This document shows, one piece after another, positions 1 to 5,189 of a DNA stretch of 5,201 bases. The position numbers and the translations under genes are program-made. The stretch is from contig JBAWVI010000067.1 of the NCBI GenBank assembly GCA_037147375.1, positions 1 to 5,201 on the forward strand. Direction: 5' to 3'. The DNA comes from an archaeon. GTDB taxonomy: Archaea > Iainarchaeota > Iainarchaeia > Iainarchaeales > CSSED10-239. The first letter of the stretch is position 1; each line of letters starts with the position of its first letter. The notes under the pieces were generated by a model. That model saw only the letters and a program-made list of their open reading frames with translations. It searched no databases and was not told the DNA's origin.

Positions 1-60
1 CTTTTAAAGATTTTTAAATATTTGAAAAATCAATCTCTTTCTTTTAAAGATTTTTCAATA
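1..60. repeat. 20-nt direct repeat (19/20 identical), copies at 1-20 and 41-60, bracketing the stop codon of the 342-aa ORF
   Basis: cttttaaagatttttAaata (1-20) versus cttttaaagatttttCaata (41-60). The offset is 40 nt, so the copies are not in the same frame. The first copy touches the window edge. Confidence 0.5.
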
Positions 61-1058
61 TCTTTAAATACATCATTTATTTCAGAAACAGAGTGTGTCT
101 TTGGTTTCTTTTTTGAAAATAGTACTTTAAATGCTTCTATAATTCCACCCTTCTTTCTAATAGTTATTGTACTCTTTGTTTCATCTTTTGATAAAGTAAC
201 TATAGGATTACTTACTGGCGCGGTTATTGGTTTATCATCTTTAGATTGAACTGCTTCACGTACATCAATAACCACATATTTTTCATCCTTAATAATAGCT
301 TGCTTCTTTGAAAGATTCTTCCAATACTCATCCATATTTTTCTTATTGGATGCAATTATTTCGTGATCAATATCAATATTTTGCGTTTTAGATGCAAATA
401 AAGTATTTACAAAGTCTGCAATTCTGTTTGATTTAAGTTCAACCTCAGAACCAAATACAACTCCTGATTCTTTTATTTTTTGAATAACCCCAATAATAAT
501 ATCCCTACTAAAACCTTCATCTCTAATTGCAAGTTTAATTTCATCTTCTGAAAAATACTTTGCTCTAGGTAATAATAAATTATATAAATAATCAACTTTG
601 CTTTGTTTGTTTTTTTCTTCAGCAGTTAATTGTTTTTCATCATTTGTTGCATTAATTATTTCCTTATAAGAAGTAGAAACTAAATTATAACTTTTTAGTT
701 TTTGTTTATATGCAGGAAATTTTGATAGTAAAAGTATTAAACGCTCATACTCTTTTGCAGATTCCCATTGCAAGGATACATATTCATCATAAGATAATTT
801 TTTAGTATTATATAATTCATCTACATCTTCAATACTCTTTCTAACCTCTTGATATTCTTTAAATAGTTTTTCAGGATCTTCTTTTGAAGAGGGGAGTATA
901 AACGTAAATAGTACATAAAGTAGAAAAATAAATATAAAACCAATTATTAAATAAATCCAAGTATTTTGTGGAATTGTATCAATTAAACTTTTTTTAAGAG
1001 TATCATTAATTAAAGATTCTCCAGTATATATCGTAAGTAATATTTGATACATATTCAC
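30..1058 (-). CDS. Hypothetical membrane-anchored protein: one N-terminal TM helix followed by a long K/E-rich helical region
   Basis: A 342-aa ORF, which is long for such AT-rich DNA. The track start is GTG at 1056-1058, and an ATG lies two codons in at 1050-1052, so the true start is ambiguous. The TM helix is WIYLIIGFIFIFLLYVLFTFILP (aa 34-56, nt 891-959). The remainder is a charged helical region with a SHOCT-like stretch, DELYNTKKLSYDEYVSLQWE. An internal amphipathic peptide, GGIIEAFKVLFSKKK (aa 304-318, nt 105-149), is also present. I do not recognise a family. Confidence 0.6.
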   Translation of the reverse strand: MNMYQILLTIYTGESLINDTLKKSLIDTIPQNTWIYLIIGFIFIFLLYVLFTFILPSSKEDPEKLFKEYQEVRKSIEDVDELYNTKKLSYDEYVSLQWESAKEYERLILLLSKFPAYKQKLKSYNLVSTSYKEIINATNDEKQLTAEEKNKQSKVDYLYNLLLPRAKYFSEDEIKLAIRDEGFSRDIIIGVIQKIKESGVVFGSEVELKSNRIADFVNTLFASKTQNIDIDHEIIASNKKNMDEYWKNLSKKQAIIKDEKYVVIDVREAVQSKDDKPITAPVSNPIVTLSKDETKSTITIRKKGGIIEAFKVLFSKKKPKTHSVSEINDVFKDIEKSLKERD

Positions 1059-1080
1059 ACATAATCTTTACATATTTAAC

Positions 1081-1317
1081 TTAAATTGAAACCCAAACTA
1101 AATTGTCTCCTCTAACTAGAGTTTCAACATACTTAGTTTTTGATTTACCATCTTTAAGTTCTTCTGCGTCTTCAAGAACTATATTCATATGAACATCGAA
1201 TGCTTTAAGTTTACCTCTTACTTGAACATTGTCCTTAAGAAGTATTAATACTTGTTTGTTGATCGCATTGTTTAGCATATCAAATGGTCTTGTTATTTTT
1301 GAGTTAATGTCTGTCAT
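1081..1317 (-). CDS. lsm: Archaeal Sm-like (LSm/SmAP) RNA-binding protein
   Basis: A 78-aa single-domain protein. It has an Sm1-like segment, VLILLKDNVQVRGKLKAFDVHMNIVLEDAEE, and an Sm2-like segment, LVRGDNLVWVS. The size and layout are typical of archaeal SmAP1. A strong SD lies just upstream. Confidence 0.9.
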   Translation of the reverse strand: MTDINSKITRPFDMLNNAINKQVLILLKDNVQVRGKLKAFDVHMNIVLEDAEELKDGKSKTKYVETLVRGDNLVWVSI

Positions 1318-1320
1318 AAA

Positions 1321-1327
1321 ATCACCT
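1321..1327 (-). promoter_or_regulatory. Shine-Dalgarno site for lsm
   Basis: Plus-strand atcacct equals AGGTGAT on the minus strand. It is complementary to the conserved 16S 3' end and lies 3 nt upstream of the ATG at 1317. Confidence 0.6.
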
Positions 1328-1332
1328 TTTTT

Positions 1333-1339
1333 AAAAAAA
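1333..1339 (-). terminator. T7 tract on the minus strand in the 72-nt minD-lsm spacer (possible archaeal oligo-T terminator or attenuator)
   Basis: Plus-strand A7 (1333-1339) equals TTTTTTT on the coding strand, embedded in gagtTTaTTTaTTTTTTTaa. Archaeal RNAP terminates at oligo-T. However, the tract lies only about 6 nt upstream of the lsm SD, so its role is ambiguous. Confidence 0.25.
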
Positions 1340-1389
1340 TAAATAAACTCTATAATATTGTGTTGCTATCATTTAAATACTTTTCTTTT

Positions 1390-2175
1390 TTACTTTTTCC
1401 TTGAAAATAATCTTTTTAAGAAAGCAAATAAGCCTCCACTCGATTTCTTAGTTGTTTCTCCTTCTTTTCCTGTTATTTTTTTTGCTATTGCCCTAAATGA
1501 ATTTGCAGATGGTCCATTTGGAGAATGAATTAATAATGGTTTGATTTTTTTAAGTAAGAATGATTCTCTAATATCCTCTGCATATGGAATTCTACCATAA
1601 CAAGGGAGTTCAAGCATTTTCATTATTTCTTTTTCTGAAATTTCACCAGAAATATTACTTACTTTATTAATTACAATTCCTAAAACCTTAAGATTTAATC
1701 TTTCTGCAACAATCTTAACTTTAAAAACATCTGCAACTGATGGAGATGTTGGTTCTGTGATTAATAAAATTTGAGTGGATGATGACATTGCAGCAATTAC
1801 GTTTTTATCTATTCCTGCTGGAGCATCAATTAAAATATAATCATATTGATTATATAAACTTTTAACAACAGAAACTAATCTTTCAACATCTACTCTTTGG
1901 TAAGTTGAAATAGAAAGACCTGAGGGTATGATTTTTAGTTTACCTGGTCCATCGTAAGTTGCATCTCCAACAGATGAGGATCCTAATAAAACATCATGTA
2001 AGGTTATTGGAGGATTATCAACACCAATGAGTAAGCTTAAGTTTGACATTGCAATATCTGCATCTATTAAAAGAACAGAATAACCTTGTTCTGTTAATGC
2101 AAGTCCTAAGTTTGCGGTTAATGTTGTTTTACCAACTCCACCTTTTCCTGAGACAATCGTAATTATTTCGCCCAT
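1390..2175 (-). CDS. minD: MinD/ParA-family (SIMIBI class) P-loop ATPase with a C-terminal amphipathic membrane-targeting tail
   Basis: The deviant Walker A SGKGGVGKTT (aa 9-18, nt 2122-2151) carries signature lysine K11. A switch I-like LLIDADIAMSNL and a Walker B-like YDYILIDAPAG are present. The C-terminal GGLFAFLKRLFSRKK (nt 1393-1437) resembles the E. coli MinD tail KGFLKRLFGG. Confidence 0.9.
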   Translation of the reverse strand: MGEIITIVSGKGGVGKTTLTANLGLALTEQGYSVLLIDADIAMSNLSLLIGVDNPPITLHDVLLGSSSVGDATYDGPGKLKIIPSGLSISTYQRVDVERLVSVVKSLYNQYDYILIDAPAGIDKNVIAAMSSSTQILLITEPTSPSVADVFKVKIVAERLNLKVLGIVINKVSNISGEISEKEIMKMLELPCYGRIPYAEDIRESFLLKKIKPLLIHSPNGPSANSFRAIAKKITGKEGETTKKSSGGLFAFLKRLFSRKK

Positions 2176-2190
2176 ATATTTTCACATTTA

Positions 2191-2637
2191 TTAAATTATT
2201 TGAGACATAATTTTTAAATAATTTTCAAGATCATTTACAAGAGCTTGAACTTCTATTCTTGATAAACTATCATTTGCTTTAATAAAATATACTTTATCAT
2301 TAAGTTTAAAAATAATCTGCCAACCTTTTGATTCAATTAATATTATTGAAAGATTATTAAATTCACTATTAATATAGTTGTACATAGCTGCACTTTTAAA
2401 ACCTTCTTTTAAATCTTTTTCTGTGCTTCCAATAACTATTCCAGTTACGTCTGTAACTACAATATGATTAACTAAGTGCTTTTGTCTTAGCTTTAATAAA
2501 AAGTCATCTAAATCTCTTGAACTTAGGTTTACTTTTCTATATTCAAGTAAAGAAGATAAACTTGCAGTGTCTGATGTGTCTTCTATATGTAAGACCTTGT
2601 TTGATAATCTTGTTAACATTCTGGTTATTGCTTGCAT
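2191..2637 (-). CDS. Roadblock/LC7 (MglB-like) domain protein, tentative, with an N-terminal extension of about 45 aa
   Basis: A 148-aa ORF, 15 nt upstream of minD. The core FLLKLRQKHLVNHIVVTDVTGIVIGST...LSIILIESKGWQIIFKLNDKVYFIKAN...VQALVNDLENYL follows the helix, paired-strand, helix pattern that I associate with Robl_LC7 (typical motif: v.dGl.ias). This is a motif-level call only. Confidence 0.5.
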   Translation of the reverse strand: MQAITRMLTRLSNKVLHIEDTSDTASLSSLLEYRKVNLSSRDLDDFLLKLRQKHLVNHIVVTDVTGIVIGSTEKDLKEGFKSAAMYNYINSEFNNLSIILIESKGWQIIFKLNDKVYFIKANDSLSRIEVQALVNDLENYLKIMSQII

Positions 2638-2654
2638 AATAAATCATTTTAATT

Positions 2655-3149
2655 TTAATCATTTAATAATTCAGATAAGTTTAGTTTATTAAATATATCT
2701 GTTTTTGATTCTTTAATCTCAATTTTATTACTTAATAGTTTATCTAATAAGATTTCATTATATTTTATATTTAATTTAGATAAGGACCCATTATCAACCT
2801 TGTAATCGAATTTAACCTTGTCGTTAAAAATTAGTATTAATTTAATTTGATCATCATTAAGATTATAGATGTTTAATAATCCATCTTTATTTCCAAATGC
2901 ATTTATTCCAAAATTAAAAGCATCAAGTCCAAATAACTCAATTTCATAAGAATCAATTAAAAAAATAGAACCAACAACATTTCCCTTAGTAAAAATGATT
3001 ATGCTTTCTTCAAAACCATACTTTCCATTTACTGCTAAGTAAGTATACCCAGAAAATTTCTTATTTGCTAAATCTAAAAATAATTTATCTGGCATTAATT
3101 GTTCTAAAAAAACATTCTCAACCAAAGGAACGTTTATTGGTATATTCAT
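2655..3149 (-). CDS. DUF4388/PATAN-like domain protein, tentative
   Basis: A 164-aa ORF. LEQLMPDKLFLDLANKKFSGYTYLAVNGKYGFEESIIIFTKGNVVGSIF...ELFGLDAFNFGINAF..DGLLNIYNL fits the remembered DUF4388 consensus (l.dll..l....tG.L.v....g.i.f.dG.iv.A....l.G.eAl..ll....g.f.f). The C-terminal part, about 60 aa, is helical and charged. Confidence 0.45.
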   Translation of the reverse strand: MNIPINVPLVENVFLEQLMPDKLFLDLANKKFSGYTYLAVNGKYGFEESIIIFTKGNVVGSIFLIDSYEIELFGLDAFNFGINAFGNKDGLLNIYNLNDDQIKLILIFNDKVKFDYKVDNGSLSKLNIKYNEILLDKLLSNKIEIKESKTDIFNKLNLSELLND

Positions 3150-3170
3150 AATCTAATTCAACCTTTTAAT

Positions 3171-3644
3171 TTATCTTAATTTATCTATAAAGATAACTTG
3201 ATCAACTGTATTTTTAAGAGCTGTTGCAGAACCTTCTTCAACTAAAAATACCATTGTTTTCTTACCATGTGTTTTTGCTTTTAAGATTGCTGGTAAATAA
3301 TCTGAATCACGTGTTACAAAAACAATTGTATCAATCTCTTTATTGTGAACAATGTCTGTTGCATCAACTGCCATTGCAACATCAACATCACCAACAGTTA
3401 TAACGGTTTCAAATCCAATATTTACAACTGCTTCTATAAGTTTATCTGTTGCATACTGATCAAGAAATACCTTTGCAACTTTAATAGATCCTTGTACTTT
3501 TAAATAATTTTTAATCTTTGAAAGATCAATATTAAATTCTTTTCTTAAAATATTTGGACCATCAACAAATACTGCAATATTGTTTCTTCTTGAAACTTTT
3601 GGTGCACTATCTTTATTGATAAATAAACGTAATAACTTATTCAT
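3171..3644 (-). CDS. NYN-domain (LabA/DUF88-like, archaeal TIGR00288-type) predicted ribonuclease
   Basis: A 157-aa ORF with NYN/PIN-like acidic motifs: IAVFVDGPNI (D28), GDVDVAMAVDA and FVTRDSDYLPAI. The size matches the stand-alone archaeal NYN family. Confidence 0.8.
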   Translation of the reverse strand: MNKLLRLFINKDSAPKVSRRNNIAVFVDGPNILRKEFNIDLSKIKNYLKVQGSIKVAKVFLDQYATDKLIEAVVNIGFETVITVGDVDVAMAVDATDIVHNKEIDTIVFVTRDSDYLPAILKAKTHGKKTMVFLVEEGSATALKNTVDQVIFIDKLR

Positions 3645-3650
3645 AAATAA

Positions 3651-3656
3651 TCCTCT
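3651..3656 (-). promoter_or_regulatory. Shine-Dalgarno site for the NYN gene (first gene of the minus-strand cluster)
   Basis: Plus-strand tcctct equals AGAGGA on the minus strand. The GAGG core lies 7 nt upstream of the ATG at 3644. Confidence 0.5.
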
Positions 3657-3709
3657 TTATTCAATATATACAGCCTAATGAACTGCTATAAAACTTATAA
3701 CTTGTTCTC

Positions 3710-3726
3710 TAAAGAATATTTCTTTA
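3710..3726. repeat. Inverted repeat TAAAGAA-N3-TTCTTTA in the divergent intergenic region (candidate operator)
   Basis: Perfect 7-bp arms at 3710-3716 and 3720-3726 with a 3-nt centre. Composed almost entirely of A/T, so chance occurrence is plausible. Confidence 0.3.
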
Positions 3727-3742
3727 AGGTTTTTGCAAGTTT

Positions 3743-3763
3743 TGATTTCTACAATCGAAATCA
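3743..3763. repeat. Inverted repeat TGATTTC-N7-GAAATCA in the divergent intergenic region (candidate operator or hairpin)
   Basis: Perfect 7-bp arms at 3743-3749 and 3757-3763 with the 7-nt spacer tacaatc. It lies about 35 nt upstream of the TATA box assigned to the Nre gene. Confidence 0.4.
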
Positions 3764-3797
3764 TAAGTAAAATATATATTATATTTAATTAAAATGA

Positions 3798-3805
3798 TTT
3801 ATAAA
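3798..3805 (+). promoter_or_regulatory. Archaeal TATA box (TTTATAAA) with a purine-rich BRE-like stretch just upstream; implies a leaderless Nre mRNA
   Basis: TTTATAAA lies at 3798-3805, preceded by aaaatga. The box centre is about 27 nt upstream of the ATG at 3829. No SD-like sequence occurs in the 20 nt before the ATG. Confidence 0.5.
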
Positions 3806-3828
3806 GGTATCTTAATTTATATAATATT

Positions 3829-4908
3829 ATGGGTACAAAACAAGTATTTTCTAGACCTTTTAATCTAGTTTGTGAAAAAGATTTTCCAAATGTACTACTA
3901 GGCCCTGGAATATACGCAGATTACATTAATGCTAAGTGCTCTTCACCTAAAGATTGGGTGAAAACAGATATTAAGAAGATTGATGAAAATAGGAGTAAGC
4001 AAATATTTTCTTTTGAAAAGTATGAAAAGGATGATGCACTTTATCCAACTAAGGAATTATCTGAGATTCAATTAATTACTCAGAGCATAAAAACAACTGA
4101 GCTTGAAATATCTCTCGGGGTCGGAGAAAGAAAAGTAATTGATAACGTTTCTGGAATAAATAATTCTTTCTTTGATATTGAAAATCTTAAGATTGTTGAA
4201 AATATACAAGTTCCTAAAGCAATTGATAAGGTTGTTTCTGACCCATCTCTTCCAGCAACAACTGGGATGATCTCACTTTATAAAAAATTAGATGATGTTT
4301 ATAAGATTGAACAACTTCTTTCTGTTGGATTGCTTGGGAATAAGAATAAAAGATCTCTTGTTCCTACAAAATGGGCAATAACTGCAGTTGATGATACTGT
4401 TTCTAAAGATATTATTGAGGATATTAAACATAATCAAACTATTGATAAATATGAGTTATATACATTTGAGTTTTATAAAAATAAGTTTTATATAATAATT
4501 ATGCCTCTTCCTTGGTCATTTGAAATGATTGAATCAAAGGGAGAGGGTGAATTTTCAATAGACTTTGAGCATTATGAAGGGAGAAGAGATTATGCATCTT
4601 CAGTTACTGGAGCTTACTATGCTGCAAGACTTGAGATAACTAAGCAACTAAGTGAAAGAAAAAGAAGCGGAAGGGTGCTTATATTAAGAGATATTGATGT
4701 TACTTATCAATCTAAAGGAGTATGGGTAATAAGAGAAGCTGTGTCTGAAGCTATGAAAAATAAACCTCTTATTTTTGAAACTATTGATTTGCTTTTAAAA
4801 TATGTAGATGAAGAATTAAAGATTAAAGGACACATCAAATATTGGACTGATAACTCAACTATTTTAAAAGAAAATAAAATGCAAAGAAGATTATTTGAGT
4901 TTATTTGA
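3829..4908 (+). CDS. nreA: Nre-family DNA repair protein (archaeal NreA-like) with a C-terminal PCNA-interacting (PIP) motif
   Basis: A 359-aa ORF. LVPTKWAITAVDD (around nt 4363-4395) and GAYYAARLEITKQL...VLILRDIDVTYQSKGVWVIREAV match my recollection of the conserved Nre_N/Nre_C blocks. The extreme C-terminus, QRRLFEFI (nt 4882-4905), fits the PIP box Qxx[LIM]xxF[FYI]. Confidence 0.7.
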   Translation: MGTKQVFSRPFNLVCEKDFPNVLLGPGIYADYINAKCSSPKDWVKTDIKKIDENRSKQIFSFEKYEKDDALYPTKELSEIQLITQSIKTTELEISLGVGERKVIDNVSGINNSFFDIENLKIVENIQVPKAIDKVVSDPSLPATTGMISLYKKLDDVYKIEQLLSVGLLGNKNKRSLVPTKWAITAVDDTVSKDIIEDIKHNQTIDKYELYTFEFYKNKFYIIIMPLPWSFEMIESKGEGEFSIDFEHYEGRRDYASSVTGAYYAARLEITKQLSERKRSGRVLILRDIDVTYQSKGVWVIREAVSEAMKNKPLIFETIDLLLKYVDEELKIKGHIKYWTDNSTILKENKMQRRLFEFI

Positions 4909-4910
4909 TT

Positions 4911-5189
4911 TTAAACAAATAAACTAAAATGTAATCTCAAATAGAATAAGATTGTAATTATTGATATAATTATCTGAATTATGTAAAATGTCCAAACTAA
5001 TTTTCTTTCTGTAAATCTTCCAGTTCTTAGGACCACGTGTGTTAATGATCCACCTTTTGGATTTGGTTTGATGGTTCCATTCTTTTGTGGAATACCAAAA
5101 CACTCTGTTTTTAAAGAATGTGCGATCTTGATAAAAAATTCAATAACATATAATAAAACTAAAAAACCTATTAAAAATTCCATGTGCAA
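4911..5189 (-). CDS. Small hypothetical membrane protein (two predicted TM helices), possibly 5'-truncated by the window edge
   Basis: The track start is TTG at 5187-5189, and an ATG lies at 5181-5183. The frame has no stop between 5190 and 5201, so the gene could begin outside the window. The TM helices are FLIGFLVLLYVIEFFIKI and LVWTFYIIQIIISIITILFYL, separated by a basic loop, GIPQKNGTIKPNPKGGSLTHVVLRTGRFTERK. An open frame of over 90 codons is unlikely by chance in DNA this AT-rich. Confidence 0.4.
   Translation of the reverse strand: MHMEFLIGFLVLLYVIEFFIKIAHSLKTECFGIPQKNGTIKPNPKGGSLTHVVLRTGRFTERKLVWTFYIIQIIISIITILFYLRLHFSLFV

Noticed and set aside
22-249. 75-aa plus-strand ORF with a TTG start
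   Set aside because: It lies entirely antisense to the much longer 342-aa ORF. It has a non-ATG start, no SD or TATA context, and a hydrophobic low-complexity translation typical of a shadow frame in AT-rich DNA.
1059-1080. Expected rpl37e gene downstream of lsm
   Set aside because: There are only 22 nt between the lsm stop and the next ORF. No small Cys-rich ORF is present on either strand, so the gene is simply not here.
1390-2175. The ATPase as a plasmid or chromosome ParA partition protein
   Set aside because: There is no adjacent ParB/CBP-like gene and no iterated centromere-like repeats nearby. The C-terminal FLKRLF amphipathic tail is a MinD feature, not a ParA feature. No replication or mobile-element genes occur in the window.
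1390-3644. NYN nuclease plus P-loop ATPase as a defence or toxin-antitoxin island
   Set aside because: The neighbours are housekeeping-type genes (lsm, nre). There are no integrase or transposase genes and no flanking repeats. The composition is uniform by eye. The ATPase is a canonical MinD rather than an ABC, AAA or STAND-type defence NTPase. This is not excluded, but it is unsupported.
3816-3823. Second TATA-like box TTTATATA just upstream of the nre ATG
   Set aside because: A promoter here would place the TSS about 20 nt inside the ORF, with no nearby in-frame Met to use. The TTTATAAA box at 3798-3805 has the correct spacing for a leaderless start at 3829.
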